From Candidatus Bathyarchaeia archaeon (GTDB taxonomy: Archaea; Thermoproteota; Bathyarchaeia; Bathyarchaeales; Bathycorpusculaceae), in assembly GCA_049515895.1 (NCBI GenBank), contig JBEKTQ010000019.1:32429-96428 (forward strand): a stretch of 64,000 bases of DNA, read 5' to 3'. Positions 17,108-28,491 of the stretch are shown piece by piece. Below the pieces are notes generated by a model. It was not told the DNA's origin and searched no databases. It saw only the letters and a program-made list of their open reading frames with translations. Each line of letters opens with the position of its first letter. Position 1 is the stretch's first letter. A program made the translations under genes and the position numbers.

Positions 17108-19789
17108 TTAGGGTTTTTTTCTGAGCATGAGCATTACTATTATAGCGCCGATTATGACTATGACAATGATTATCGCTATGATTCCGTACATGAGTGTGGT
17201 CTGCGTGGCAACGCCGCTAAGTGGTGTTGCTGTTGGTGCTGGTGTTGCTGCTGGTGTGTTGGCGTAGAATCCTGTTGAAGCTGTGGATCCGTAGTATGAT
17301 TGTGTGCCTGCGAAGGTAGCATACACGGTGTAGTTGCCAGATATGTCAGGTTTCCACGTAAATGAGTAGTCGCCTAAACCGTTCGTGGTTGTCGAGCCGA
17401 TGGTCCGGTAGTTGCCGTTAGAATCTATTATCGAGAATGTCACTGGAACACCAGTTATGTCGTGTGGCATCGGCTGCTGCATGTAAGCGGATTCCATGAA
17501 CGCTGTCATGCTTGCGTCGGAAACGCATGGCAAGCCATTGGGGAAGTTTGCTGCCACGGCCAGTTGCTGTGCACCAGCAGAAATGTCAGTTACCATGCCG
17601 GATATTGTTATCGAAGTGGCAGTTGTCACGCCGACGCTGGGTGCCGAAACTGTTGTTTTGCTCGGCCCCATGCCAAAGGCGTATATCTGGTTATCATAGC
17701 CGTTTATCGTTGTCATGACGCCGTCTGAAATAACTGCAGGACTATCAACGAAAAAACCCAATACGTTCCATATCGGTTGCCCATTAGTGATGTTCAAGCA
17801 TATCTCTTGAGCTCCACGGAATAGTGGTGGACTGTACTCATGACCAATCGGGAAGTACAGCACCCCGTCAGCAATAGTCACAGGCTGCGCTTGGGTCCAT
17901 ATCGGCCATACACCATAGGGAGTGTCAGCTCCGGAAGATCCCAAGATTGCGGTCGTAGTTTGTTGCCAAATAATAGCACCTGTCGCAATATTAAGAGCAT
18001 AAATGTCTCCGCCCAGCCCGAAAAGATAAATTACACCGTTAGCGATGAATCCGTTTATCAGATCGGAATCATAAACATTAGCGTTGGGAAGCAATGTTGT
18101 CCATAGTAGCGCACCTGTAGCATCACTGTAACCGTACATTGTGAACGTGTCCAAGTTGGGTACAACGTAGACTCCATTTCCATCAAGTAACCAGGTATTT
18201 TGACCACTACCAGCGATTCTTGTGAACGGTGCATAGGTTCGGTTAGCTATCCACAGCTGTTGTCCCGTCGTTGCGCTGTAGCCTGCATCAATAGTGAACC
18301 CAGTTGTGAAGGCCGCGTTACCTATAGTCTCACTCACAGCATCCAATATTATTACACCGCTATTAACAGCATAAAAGCCGAGAGGTAGAGGTAGAGCATT
18401 GCCAGAAAAGTTAGCAGCTACCGGCATTGACCACATTATTCCATTTTTAAAAGGAATTTGGGCATTTTGCGTAGGTCTCCACTCCCAAGCGGGGATACCG
18501 TTGGTTCCAACAATAATGCATTGACTCGAGTTCCAACACTCAAGTTGGGGTGTACTAGCAGTAGTAGTGACCTTTACGCCGTTGATTATTTGTGTGCCAA
18601 CAGTAGAATTAATGAAATAGCCTATTAAGTCTCCACCAGCGTCTTCTGTAAGCGCCGAGGGCGACGTGCCGTTAACAACACTGAGTATGTAGCTTCCAGT
18701 CGCAGCGTCATACATGTTCAATGTAGTTGTCCCGGGTTGTGTGACGATTCCAGCGGGGGTTCCGACTGTCCATAAGTATGCGAAGGTGCCGAACTGGTTG
18801 GGTGAAATGTAATTAAGTATTTGACCACATCTTAGAATCAATTGAGTACCACTCGATGTTACTGGGGTATTATCAGTCCATAGTGTTTGTCCTGTCTGTA
18901 AGTTTACTGCAGTGAAGCCTGTAGGATTTGTTGAACTTCCTGGATACACCTCGTAGTAGAGGACCCCATTGAGGATTACTGGTGCGAACATTCTCTCGTA
19001 TTGCCTCGTTGAGTAGTAGTTACCTGTTTCGCTACCACCGATTTCTCCTCCGGCTGTGCCTCCGAATCCCTCTGGTTTTGTCCACAGGATGTGAGCGGTC
19101 ATTGGCGCTGTAGTCCACGCATTATAATTTGAGCTGTCGTTGTACCATCCGTAGCCGCCAGTGCCGCCGATAGAACCGCCGAACCCAAGCCAGTTTCCGC
19201 CGATCGAGTACCAGTTATTGTTCTCAGCGTTAATCGGGCGCGTCCAGAAGCTTGTTGGAAGTGGATTTGCCGGAATAGATGGGGTTGGCGTCTCTTGCGC
19301 TATAAGCGTCGCTACGTTGCTAGTGGAAGGTTCAAAATAATCGCCAACAAACGATGTTGCTAAAGCGCTTTGGCCCGGAACGGGATTGTTGCCTGCCAAT
19401 GTTTGTCCTGGAAAGCTCATCTGGAAAGTGTAGTTGCCGAGTTGAGTGGGCGTGTACAGAGTAGTTGTTCCTCCTGTGTCGTCGGTTATAAATGGTCCCA
19501 GTGTCTCAATGGTTCCGTCAGGCTTTGTAACTTTCACTTTCATATTTCCCCATCTATCGCCATACGGACCACTTGCTGTTGCTGGTGGTTGCATGAGCCA
19601 AAAGTTAACAGTAACTGATTGGCCAATGCCTGCAGGGTTAGGTGCAACATTAATGAAAGAGATGGTTGGAATGTTCCACGGTGGCGAATGTGCGCTAGTA
19701 GTTGGTACTAGTGTCAATGAAGCTGTCATTGAAAGTATAAAGAATACAGAAATCGTAATGGCTGCAATCTTGTTTTTTAGCGTTTTCAT
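17108..19789 (-). CDS. PQQ-binding-like beta-propeller repeat surface protein B
   Basis: Paralog of A/C/D with the same architecture; TM helix plus RKKP. Confidence 0.9.
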   Translation of the reverse strand: MKTLKNKIAAITISVFFILSMTASLTLVPTTSAHSPPWNIPTISFINVAPNPAGIGQSVTVNFWLMQPPATASGPYGDRWGNMKVKVTKPDGTIETLGPFITDDTGGTTTLYTPTQLGNYTFQMSFPGQTLAGNNPVPGQSALATSFVGDYFEPSTSNVATLIAQETPTPSIPANPLPTSFWTRPINAENNNWYSIGGNWLGFGGSIGGTGGYGWYNDSSNYNAWTTAPMTAHILWTKPEGFGGTAGGEIGGSETGNYYSTRQYERMFAPVILNGVLYYEVYPGSSTNPTGFTAVNLQTGQTLWTDNTPVTSSGTQLILRCGQILNYISPNQFGTFAYLWTVGTPAGIVTQPGTTTLNMYDAATGSYILSVVNGTSPSALTEDAGGDLIGYFINSTVGTQIINGVKVTTTASTPQLECWNSSQCIIVGTNGIPAWEWRPTQNAQIPFKNGIMWSMPVAANFSGNALPLPLGFYAVNSGVIILDAVSETIGNAAFTTGFTIDAGYSATTGQQLWIANRTYAPFTRIAGSGQNTWLLDGNGVYVVPNLDTFTMYGYSDATGALLWTTLLPNANVYDSDLINGFIANGVIYLFGLGGDIYALNIATGAIIWQQTTTAILGSSGADTPYGVWPIWTQAQPVTIADGVLYFPIGHEYSPPLFRGAQEICLNITNGQPIWNVLGFFVDSPAVISDGVMTTINGYDNQIYAFGMGPSKTTVSAPSVGVTTATSITISGMVTDISAGAQQLAVAANFPNGLPCVSDASMTAFMESAYMQQPMPHDITGVPVTFSIIDSNGNYRTIGSTTTNGLGDYSFTWKPDISGNYTVYATFAGTQSYYGSTASTGFYANTPAATPAPTATPLSGVATQTTLMYGIIAIIIVIVIIGAIIVMLMLRKKP

Positions 19790-19822
19790 TTTTCTTTTTT
19801 CTCCATTTTTCTGTTTTTTTTG

Positions 19823-19942
19823 GTTAGGAAGAAGTAGCTTCGATAATGCGCCTAGAATCAGAATGAGTGTAGACAGAATTGAGGAAAACTACCTTTCCTA
19901 ACTGCTTTAAAATTATCCTTTTTCGGGCTAAAATAGTTTGCG
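19823..19942 (-). promoter_or_regulatory. Promoter and structured 5' leader of gene B (type 1)
   Basis: GCAAACTATTTTAGCC box; stem GTTAGGAAAGGTAGTTTT/GAAGCTACTTCTTCCTAAC. Confidence 0.65.
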
Positions 19943-20390
19943 CCGCGCTAATCCTGCCCTGCAGACTAGCGTTTGGATATGTAGTTTGAGCACCCATTGT
20001 TCTTTATTCTAACCATTTTCTCCCCGTTGCAACGAACAGAAAAAAATGATGCTCTTCTCCTTCTTGCAAGCACTCGCTGTATTGAATTGGCCAGGAGCGC
20101 GATTATTTTTACCAAAACCCGGCTCACTATCTTATACTGTCAGCCAGCGGGCACGTAAGAGACTAAAAGAAAAACTGGATATCACGGAAGCAATTAGTTT
20201 GAATAACGTGGGTTTGCTGAGGCTCTGGAAAATTTAGGAAGAAATTTCTTTAAGAGAAAAAGAAAAATGCAAACTCTTCAACTGCAGCCATTTCGAATTT
20301 AACCCGAGCCTTTCAGACATTTCTCTATTTCTGTCTTCATTTCTTTTAGAGACTAAAAAAAGGGAAAGGGAATTTTTTGTTATGATGTGT

Positions 20391-23063
20391 TTATGGGTGT
20401 TTTCTTGTGACGAGGAGTGCGAGTACTGCGCCGATGATGACGATGACGATGATGATTGCTATGATTCCGTATTCGACGGTTGTATTTGAAGCTAAACCGG
20501 TGACTGGTGTTGCTGTTGGGGCGGCTGTCGGTGCTGGTGATTGGGCTACAAAAGAGGTTTCAGCGCTTGATGGCCAGTAGCCGTTGGTGCCTGCAAATGT
20601 CGCGAAGACTGTATAGTTGCCAGGAATGGTTGGTGTATAGCTTAGAGTGTACATGCCGCTTGCGTCAGTTGTTGCTGTGCCAATTGGGTAGTGGTTTCCG
20701 TTAGAGTCCAAAACGGCTATTTGCACTTGAACGCCTGTGAAGTTGGTTGGTTCTGGCTGCTGCTGGTAGACGTAGCTCATCCACTGGCTTATGCTAGCAT
20801 CAGAAGCGCATGGGACGCCGTTCGGGAAGTTAGCTGCCTGTTGAGTCTGCTTTGTTCCTGCGGCGATGTCCGTCACTGTGCCTCTAATCACTATGGAGCT
20901 GCCGAAGGCTTGAGCGTATGCAGTGGTTTGGCTTGGTCCTCTGCCAACAGCGTATATTTGGTTATCGTAGCCGTTGAAGAATGTTGTATAACCATCAGCG
21001 ATTGCGCCTGTGCCAGGTGGTCCTGATTCGGTTGTGACGGCTGAGAGGGTCCATATTTCCTTTCCGTCTGTGGCGTTAATAGCGCGTACCAGTGCTCCTC
21101 TGTAAATCGGTGTTTCAACTGTGTGTTCAGTTGTGGTGGTGTATATTATGCCATTGCCAATAGCGTATATCGAAGTTGGATACGGCCCGGGTACCTCGAA
21201 GCCGCTGCTTGTACTGTTGCCTTCGCCGCCGTTACCGTAGGTCCACAGTAAGTTTCCGTTATTCAAATCATAGCAGTAAATTATTCCGCCGAATCCACCA
21301 CTGTAGAGTTTGCCATCAGCGAGGATAGTTCCTTCTTCGTTTCCACCAGCGTTGTATCCGAAATTATAGTAGTCAAGGGCTGTTTGAGGTGGGGTTGGAC
21401 CCCAAAGTTTCTCACCTGTCTTCATGCTGTATCCAACGAACTGGTTAGTTTCCTTGTATTGTTCAACCAAGACTCCTGCTGAAGAATCTGCGCCTCCCCA
21501 CTCGAGAGTAATGTTGCCTGCTGGCGCATTGTATGTTTTTGTCCACATAATCGAGCCGACCGTCCCTTTAGTTGCGTCTAAGTTAACGCCGAAGTATGAG
21601 TACGGAGCCCAACTTCCTCCACCGAATATACTGGAACCAGCGGGATAAGAGCCTATCATGCCAATCAATTCGTTATTGCAGAACGCTTCGAGTATAGAAG
21701 GTGTTCCCGGTTGAGAGCTGAGCGAAGGCATTGAAATGTTCCAGTCTAACAAGCTTGGGTTGCTGCCATCTGTAATAGGAGGCACAACGGGCGGAGATGT
21801 TGACGCGCCTGAGTACGTATTATCCCAAAGTCTAGAGGAATTCCATTCTTGCAAATAATATTTTCCAGGCCCTGAAGGAACAGGACCAAAAGGAGTCATG
21901 ATTGTTGGACCATAGTTTGCCAATGATAGTATCAGGTACTCGCCGTTCACACCAATGGCTGAGGTGCCTGAGGGAACGTTAGTTACGTTAAATATCGGAT
22001 CTCCCGTGTCTGCATCAAAAGCTCTCCATTCAGAATTAGCTGAATATCCTATGAAGGGCGGAGGGGAAACAGAAATTAGGATTGGCGGATAAACACCGTG
22101 TTGGTTAGGGTCTTGGACGTCATATATGTAGCCGAAAGATAATGCAGGGACATCAGTACGAGACCAAATAAGCTGCCCAGTTTGAAGGTTAACGCAGTCG
22201 GTAGGCCCACTTGAAGCGCCTCCGAATGAGATTGGTTCAGTGTAATAGAGTTTCCCATCAATTATTATCGGATTAGTGAATCTTTCATTGTATGCCGAGC
22301 CCTCGAAGTATGTATCTCCCGAAATAGCAAAACTGTTTCCTCCAACGACTCCGCCACTTTGAAGCGGCTTAGTCCACATTACGTGAGCAGTTTGGGGACC
22401 TACTGCATCGCCTGGGAACTCGCTACCATAGCCTTGATTGGTTCCCCAAGGACTTCCAAGCCAGTTTGACGAAACTGTGTACCAATACGGGTTTTCACCG
22501 TATATTGGGCGCGTCCAGTAACTTGTAGGAAGCGGAGTAACTGGGTAAGTCGCGATGGGTGCTGATTGAACAGTCAGTGTAGTTGATGCTGTGCTGGCCA
22601 TGTAAGTGTCGCCTACATATTGGCTTGGTGCTGGAGGACCAAAGAAGCCTGGAATGAGTCCGGTGTATGTGTATGTGTAACCTGGAAATGTGAAGTTGAG
22701 GGTGTATGTACCGACTTGGCTGGGAGTGAAGGAATAGGCTTGATTTGATGTTGTGTCGTGGACAATTGGAAATGTCTGTTTTATGGTTGAGCCATCAGGT
22801 GCGGTAATGGTGAGTTGGTAGTTTTGGAATCGAATGTTATTGCCTAGTTGTGCGCCATCGGGTATTTGGTTAACCCACATGTAAACGGTTGCTAATTGAC
22901 CGATGCCTACGGGGTTAGGCACTGCTTGTATAAAAGCAAACGTTGGAATTTGCCATGCAGGTGTATGCGCGCTTGCACTTGGTATTATTGCGACCGAACT
23001 AATCATTGAAAGTACAAAGAATGTAACAATCGTAATAGCTGCAATTTTGCTTAAGATTTTCAT
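20391..23063 (-). CDS. PQQ-binding-like beta-propeller repeat surface protein C
   Basis: Paralog; TM helix plus RKHP. Confidence 0.9.
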   Translation of the reverse strand: MKILSKIAAITIVTFFVLSMISSVAIIPSASAHTPAWQIPTFAFIQAVPNPVGIGQLATVYMWVNQIPDGAQLGNNIRFQNYQLTITAPDGSTIKQTFPIVHDTTSNQAYSFTPSQVGTYTLNFTFPGYTYTYTGLIPGFFGPPAPSQYVGDTYMASTASTTLTVQSAPIATYPVTPLPTSYWTRPIYGENPYWYTVSSNWLGSPWGTNQGYGSEFPGDAVGPQTAHVMWTKPLQSGGVVGGNSFAISGDTYFEGSAYNERFTNPIIIDGKLYYTEPISFGGASSGPTDCVNLQTGQLIWSRTDVPALSFGYIYDVQDPNQHGVYPPILISVSPPPFIGYSANSEWRAFDADTGDPIFNVTNVPSGTSAIGVNGEYLILSLANYGPTIMTPFGPVPSGPGKYYLQEWNSSRLWDNTYSGASTSPPVVPPITDGSNPSLLDWNISMPSLSSQPGTPSILEAFCNNELIGMIGSYPAGSSIFGGGSWAPYSYFGVNLDATKGTVGSIMWTKTYNAPAGNITLEWGGADSSAGVLVEQYKETNQFVGYSMKTGEKLWGPTPPQTALDYYNFGYNAGGNEEGTILADGKLYSGGFGGIIYCYDLNNGNLLWTYGNGGEGNSTSSGFEVPGPYPTSIYAIGNGIIYTTTTEHTVETPIYRGALVRAINATDGKEIWTLSAVTTESGPPGTGAIADGYTTFFNGYDNQIYAVGRGPSQTTAYAQAFGSSIVIRGTVTDIAAGTKQTQQAANFPNGVPCASDASISQWMSYVYQQQPEPTNFTGVQVQIAVLDSNGNHYPIGTATTDASGMYTLSYTPTIPGNYTVFATFAGTNGYWPSSAETSFVAQSPAPTAAPTATPVTGLASNTTVEYGIIAIIIVIVIIGAVLALLVTRKHP

Positions 23064-23339
23064 TTTGTTTTTTCTTCCTTTATTTTGTTTTTTTGGGTTG
23101 AAGAAGCATAGAAAATGCTTCTTTCCCTACTTTGGGGTTTGTTCTCTTTGGACTTATATAACTTGCGTGTTAGCGGTTTTACGTCCAGTTGCATCTTTTG
23201 GGAAATCTTTGTAAATAGTTAAAACCATTCTGTGTGTCTTCCAAATCCAATCTACTTTACTTTGAAAGCAGCGAGCATGCAGTTTTTTGTTTGGATATGT
23301 CTCTAACTTCTGTCCAAATTCATGTAAACAATGAATTCT
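23003..23339. repeat. ~335-bp near-identical repeat (type 2 promoter, leader and first 20 codons), copy 1
   Basis: Aligns to 31104-31438 with few differences; contains GCAAGTTATATAAG (BRE/TATA, minus strand) and the hairpin AAGAAGCAT-N5-ATGCTTCTT. Confidence 0.95.
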
Positions 23340-23409
23340 ATTGACGGTCAATAGCTCTAACCATTTAATGTTCCCTGGAAAAGTAAGATAAAACGTGCCT
23401 TTGCATGAA

Positions 23410-23949
23410 CTATTTTTTTATCCTGTTGACAATCCGCATTGTTTCTCGCATGAATGCTGGCAAGTCCCCTGGATAGCGTGAAGTGACAAGGTTGCCATCA
23501 ACAACTACTTCTTTGTCCTCGTATATGCCGCCTGCTTTCTTTATGTCCTCCGGAACGCCATCATACCAGTAGGAAGTCAAGCGTCTTCCTTTTACAAGGC
23601 CTGAGGAAGCTAAGAGCCAAGGACCATGACAGATAGAGGAAACTGGTTTATTGGCGCTGAAAAATGATTTTGCAATAGCTTGAGCCTTGCTGTCCTTTCT
23701 AACCACTGAAGGTGCTCCATCTGGCGACCCGCCGGGAATCAACAACATGTCATAATCTTCTGGATTGACGCTCTCAAAGGTCTTAACGACTTCCATATCG
23801 TAACCGTGTTCGCCTTGAATGTGACCCTTTTTGGGTGCAGCAATATCAACCTCCAACCCTTCTTCAAGTAAACGGAAATATGGAAAGAACAACTCCATGT
23901 CCTCAAACTTGTCGGCAGTGAGAATAAGTGCTTTGATACTTTTTGGCAT
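23410..23949 (-). CDS. pfpI: PfpI/DJ-1 family protease/deglycase (type 1 glutamine amidotransferase-like)
   Basis: FEDMEL, LLIPGG, ICHGP nucleophile elbow, VVVDGNLVTSR.P.DL. Confidence 0.92.
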   Translation of the reverse strand: MPKSIKALILTADKFEDMELFFPYFRLLEEGLEVDIAAPKKGHIQGEHGYDMEVVKTFESVNPEDYDMLLIPGGSPDGAPSVVRKDSKAQAIAKSFFSANKPVSSICHGPWLLASSGLVKGRRLTSYWYDGVPEDIKKAGGIYEDKEVVVDGNLVTSRYPGDLPAFMRETMRIVNRIKK

Positions 23950-24112
23950 ACATGTTTGTTGCACATTTAAGATATATTAAATTTCTCTTTCATTTGCGAG
24001 CAACAAATACAAAACTTCTTATGCCTACGCATTTTGTGGCTTAATTGGAATCATTGCCACGTTCCGATTGCAAACTCGGACCGCGCGCGCTTTCAGTCCC
24101 CACTTTTAGTTT

Positions 24113-24301
24113 TGGAAGTGAAGTTGAGCCGCTTATGGCGGCTAAATCTTGACTAAGATGCCTGTTGTATTGGAGAGAGAAATAGCGGTTTGTTATTCGC
24201 ATGCAACTTGTTTGAGGGGGCTGTTGTTTGCGTGCGATTTGTGTGAGTCTGATAGCCTTGGTCAGTTAAGCCTCTGCCAGCGGCTTCTTCTCTCACTTCA
24301 A
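24113..24301 (+). ncRNA. Candidate structured RNA or MITE-like element (~190 nt)
   Basis: Nested helices 24115-21/24293-99, 24126-33/24279-86, 24149-57/24257-65, plus inner hairpins; wobble pairs work only on the + strand. Confidence 0.45.
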
Positions 24302-24534
24302 TTTGCATGTTTTCTGTTTCATGGTTTAAAACTTGCGGTAACAGATTTCAGATGATTCACTACGGCATGTTGAATGCATGAAATCTTCAATTTGTGAAGG
24401 AAAAGCAACTGTGAATGCATCGATAGCATAAATGATTTAAGCTAAGAACAACAAGCGCGTGCTTACGTGTGCGTGAGAATCGGCTAAGAATTGCTTAGGC
24501 TCGCCTGTAAATTTGACGGCGAATTGTCTTTCTT

Positions 24535-25644
24535 TTAGGTACTCCTCAGGTTTTCTATTACAACTTTTTTGTCAAAGTCTTGGAAGAAAATGTAATCAAG
24601 AACCGTGCCTTTTGCTTCTTTAATTTTCATAACTTCCACTAATTCGCTGTATTTACCGCCAGCAATTCCGTTGGCTACTAGAGTTGTGCCGTGAGCTACA
24701 TCCTTCGCCTCCTTGGCGAAAACATGAAGTGGTCGACGCACAGAAATACTGAACTTCTCGCTTAAAATTTTCTCCAAGTCTCTACGAAGTCTTTCCACAC
24801 GGGATAACCTCCCAGTAACTATGATTTCTCTCGGTTGTTTCTTGAAAGATGTACTTAGTATAGCAATGGCTTTGATGATTCCTTCAGTCATGCTTTGCCA
24901 AGCCAGTTGGTATCCATCTTTGCATAAATTTGCAGCAAAGTCTTCGACTTCTAGTATTTTGTGTGCTGCAATGAACGAAGCTCCTGCTTCGAAAAGTTTT
25001 AGCTTGCTGAACTTGCCTAGAAGGTATGCTAGTTCTCCATCCATTTGGCTTAGAGTAAGATAGCCCGGACCAGGAAAAATAGTGCCCCCTACTGCGTCGA
25101 TGATTTGTCCATTCTCCACAGCCATCGCTGCGTTATAGCCGAATCCCATTTCAACGCAGATTAAACTTGTTTCATCATAGCTAATCCCGTATTCTTTGGC
25201 TTGGTCCCAGATGGCGAAGGCTGCAACGCATGTTTTGTCAGCTGTTCCCATGTCTATCTTGTTTACTTTTCTATGCAAGGGTATGGTTGGCAAAAGAACA
25301 ACTCCAGGCGCAGAATAAGCGTTTAAACCAGCCTCTTTCATCATCCATAACAGCTTTCTTAAACCTGAAAGAACTGGAATATCGACGTCGCCAACCTTGT
25401 CAAGAGTTGTTAAAGCCACATCCTCTTTTGTGAACTGGGATATGTGCTTAAATTCAAGCCCGTACCCTGATGGACCTACAATAACATCGGCTTCAGCATT
25501 CTTAATCATTTCAAAAACTTGCGACGGCTTACTGGCAACAACCTCACTTGGAATGGACTCGTCGAGAACCACGTTGTCTACATCGTCCTCTATACAGAGG
25601 ATGTCATAGTTTTTTGTACCTGGGTCTATACCTAAAGCCCTCAA
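24535..25644 (-). CDS. DUF1464 family protein (ASKHA fold, butyrate kinase-like)
   Basis: GIDPGTKNYD, GPSGYG, RKVNKIDMGTADK, DGELAY motifs; TTG start after AAGGTG. Confidence 0.88.
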   Translation of the reverse strand: MRALGIDPGTKNYDILCIEDDVDNVVLDESIPSEVVASKPSQVFEMIKNAEADVIVGPSGYGLEFKHISQFTKEDVALTTLDKVGDVDIPVLSGLRKLLWMMKEAGLNAYSAPGVVLLPTIPLHRKVNKIDMGTADKTCVAAFAIWDQAKEYGISYDETSLICVEMGFGYNAAMAVENGQIIDAVGGTIFPGPGYLTLSQMDGELAYLLGKFSKLKLFEAGASFIAAHKILEVEDFAANLCKDGYQLAWQSMTEGIIKAIAILSTSFKKQPREIIVTGRLSRVERLRRDLEKILSEKFSISVRRPLHVFAKEAKDVAHGTTLVANGIAGGKYSELVEVMKIKEAKGTVLDYIFFQDFDKKVVIENLRST

Positions 25645-25901
25645 TGTTAGGCACCTTAGCACATAAAAACCAAAGGAAAGTAATTAAAATTTTCCAGCGT
25701 GCACACTTCTCCTTAAAGTTACATCCTGTTTTTCATGTACAACCTCAAAGGTTACTAACAGTGAGTGACTGCTTGAGTGAGTGACTGACCACACGCGCGG
25801 GCGGGCTTAGGCGTATGGGCGTATTCGTTTGGCGCGCGCACACAAAAACGAAAACATAAAATCGTCTATGTCTATAGAGTCTTAGGATGTGGTGAGAAGG
25901 C

Positions 25902-26129
25902 ATGAAACTCCATTGTGTGAAATGTGGTCACCTGCTACCAAAAGATGAGGGCGCAGAATCCTTGCTGCCGTTTGAAGTTTACCGGTGTCGGAATTGCGGG
26001 GACGGTTTGCTTTTTGATATGGCTACAAAAGAGGCTTATCTGATTCCTAAAAGCCTAGGGCTGTTCAAGATGACACTTGAAAAAGTCAAAAAAGCAATCA
26101 ACCAAATTCCGTATGATGAAGATTATTAA
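25902..26129 (+). CDS. Small zinc-finger protein (CVKC...CRNC)
   Basis: GGTGA RBS and two CxxC motifs. Confidence 0.75.
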   Translation: MKLHCVKCGHLLPKDEGAESLLPFEVYRCRNCGDGLLFDMATKEAYLIPKSLGLFKMTLEKVKKAINQIPYDEDY

Positions 26130-26177
26130 ACTTCTATCGTGCGTTGCGCGCGCTCTCTAAGTCTTTTATTGAAACCG

Positions 26178-26236
26178 TATTCCATAATATTTTGAATATT
26201 TGAATATCATATTCCATATCATTCTAATATTGGAAC
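26178..26236. promoter_or_regulatory. Cluster of TATTC(C/A)A(T/A)AT-like half-sites in both orientations (putative operator)
   Basis: About six copies in 60 bp directly upstream of the phosphoesterase gene. Confidence 0.45.
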
Positions 26237-26289
26237 ACAATTAATTGCAAATTGTGTGAGCGCCCAGATACTGTCTGGGGGAGCATAAA

Positions 26290-28350
26290 ATGAAAGGAAT
26301 TCTGGCTCTGAGAAATGTCTTGACGCTTCTTCTCGCAGCCATTATTTTCGCTGCTTGTGTTGCTCCAGCGATGCCTATATTGAGAGGAGCAGTAGGGGTT
26401 ACCTTTACAGCAACGGAGCTCTTGGGTCGCCCCACCGACACCTCGATAACGGTAAACGTGGTCCCAAGCGCCAACGGCCAGATCTACTTCGAATACGGCA
26501 CCGCAGCCGGCGTTTATAACTCTGAAACAAATCCGGCCACTCTCGTTAGCGGGACGCCAACCAACATTGTGATAAATGGGCTCACTCCAAATACGCGATA
26601 TTACTATCGTATGGTTACAAGCTCAGACGGCGTTAACTGGATACCAGAGTCAAGTGAGCATTCTTTCCAAACCCAAAGGTCCGAGGGCAGCACTTTCACG
26701 TTCACTATAACGTCCGACTCACACGTTAACATTCAGCTAGGTAGCGCTACAACTTGGCAACAAACAATGACCAATGTAGCCAATGACCACCCTGACTTCG
26801 AAATCGACTGCGGCGACACCTTCGCTATGGACGGCGTTACCACTGTAGCAGGAGCCGAACAGGCATACCTCTATCAACGTCAGTTTTTCGACACTGTCGG
26901 CAGCTCAGCTCCCGTATTCCTAGTAGTGGGGAACCACGAGCAGCAGGAAGCCTGGCACCTGGGCGATACACCCAGTCCCGCCAATAGCCCACCTGTCGTA
27001 GGAGTTAACGCCGAGAAGAAATACTACCTAAATCCCGTCCCAGACAGTTTTTACACTGGCAACACAGACCCGTACCCATACATTTCAGGCGATCACCTCC
27101 GTGAAGACTATTACGCCTGGTCATGGGGCGACGCACTCTTTGTTGTCATCGACCCATACTGGTACACAACCACAAAACCTTACATTGGAAACATAGGTGG
27201 AGGAGAAACAAGCACCACAGGCTCAGGAAACAGATGGGACTGGACCCTTGGGCTTCAACAGTTCGACTGGCTCAAACAGACGCTTCAAAACAGCAAAGCA
27301 ACTTACAAGTTCATTTTTGCACACCACATGACTGGCGGCGCCTCAGACTACGGAGGACGCGGCGGTGCAGTACCCGCAAACCTCGTCGAATGGGGTGGAT
27401 ACAACGTAGACGGCACCACATGGGGTTGGAACACAAACCGCCCCATAGCTCAATGGGGAAGCGAACCAATCGAGCAAATCATGATGGACAACCACGTTAC
27501 CGCATTCTTCCACGGTCACGACCACGAATACGCCTACGAAATCCGCGACGGTATCGTCTACCAGTCGCTACCCGCTGCTGGCTTCTCCGGATATGGATTC
27601 AACAGCTACGCCGTAGGCACCTACACTCTGAAAGTGCTGCCCAGCCCTGGGCATCTACGTGTAACAGTCTCACCCGCCCAAGTGACCGTCGACTATATCA
27701 CCAGCGCCCCGGGCCAGGGCACTAACGACCAAGTCGCTTATAGCTACACGATCGCGGCTAACAGTGGCGGCAACCCAACACCAACTCCAACACCAACAGC
27801 AACACCAACAACTGCTCCGACTCCAACGCCTACACCTACGCCCACACCAACCCCAACGCCAACCCCAAAAACCACAGCATCCCCAACTCCAACCCCCACG
27901 CCCACCCCAATGCCAACACCAACGCCTACTCCTACACCAACAGCTTCGCCAACAAATTTAGCGCTAAACAAACCAGCAACAGCTGACAGCAGCCAGACCA
28001 GCGTAGGAAACACCGCAAACAAGGGCAATGACGGAAGCAAAACCACACGATGGAGCGCAAACGATGGCAAATTAAGCCACTGGTGGAAAGTTGACCTAGG
28101 CGCGGTCCACACGATAACCAGCACACAGGTCATGTTCCAGTATGCAAGAAACTACCGTTACAAAATTGAGGTCTCAACAGATAACACCAATTGGGCAGTC
28201 GTCGTCGACCAGACAAAAACAACCAGCACAGCACAAACGAGGACAGACAGCTTCACCGCAACATCCGCGAGGTATGTAAGGATCACTTATACGTATCTTC
28301 CAATGTATTGCTGGGCCTCGCACTACGAATTCCAAGTCTACGGAAGCTAA
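26290..28350 (+). CDS. Secreted purple acid phosphatase-like metallophosphoesterase with FN3-like domain, PT linker and F5/8 type C (discoidin) domain
   Basis: SDSH, GDTF, GNHE, AHH and GHDH metal motifs; [10 protein letters not shown]...NDG...RWS...WWKVDLG discoidin motif. Confidence 0.9.
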   Translation: MKGILALRNVLTLLLAAIIFAACVAPAMPILRGAVGVTFTATELLGRPTDTSITVNVVPSANGQIYFEYGTAAGVYNSETNPATLVSGTPTNIVINGLTPNTRYYYRMVTSSDGVNWIPESSEHSFQTQRSEGSTFTFTITSDSHVNIQLGSATTWQQTMTNVANDHPDFEIDCGDTFAMDGVTTVAGAEQAYLYQRQFFDTVGSSAPVFLVVGNHEQQEAWHLGDTPSPANSPPVVGVNAEKKYYLNPVPDSFYTGNTDPYPYISGDHLREDYYAWSWGDALFVVIDPYWYTTTKPYIGNIGGGETSTTGSGNRWDWTLGLQQFDWLKQTLQNSKATYKFIFAHHMTGGASDYGGRGGAVPANLVEWGGYNVDGTTWGWNTNRPIAQWGSEPIEQIMMDNHVTAFFHGHDHEYAYEIRDGIVYQSLPAAGFSGYGFNSYAVGTYTLKVLPSPGHLRVTVSPAQVTVDYITSAPGQGTNDQVAYSYTIAANSGGNPTPTPTPTATPTTAPTPTPTPTPTPTPTPTPKTTASPTPTPTPTPMPTPTPTPTPTASPTNLALNKPATADSSQTSVGNTANKGNDGSKTTRWSANDGKLSHWWKVDLGAVHTITSTQVMFQYARNYRYKIEVSTDNTNWAVVVDQTKTTSTAQTRTDSFTATSARYVRITYTYLPMYCWASHYEFQVYGS

Positions 28351-28491
28351 GCACGCGCTAGCAGCGGAGCCGTCATCATGATTACCCCCACTATGTTGAC
28401 TCCGCCGTGTTTTAAGCGCCCGCTCATCTACATTATTTGAAGGTACTCAAAAAGAAAAGGGAAAGTGGTTTTTTGTTTTTGTTTCTTTCGT

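Noticed and set aside
20046-20237. 63-aa ORF between PQQ genes B and C
   Set aside because: No motif or RBS support
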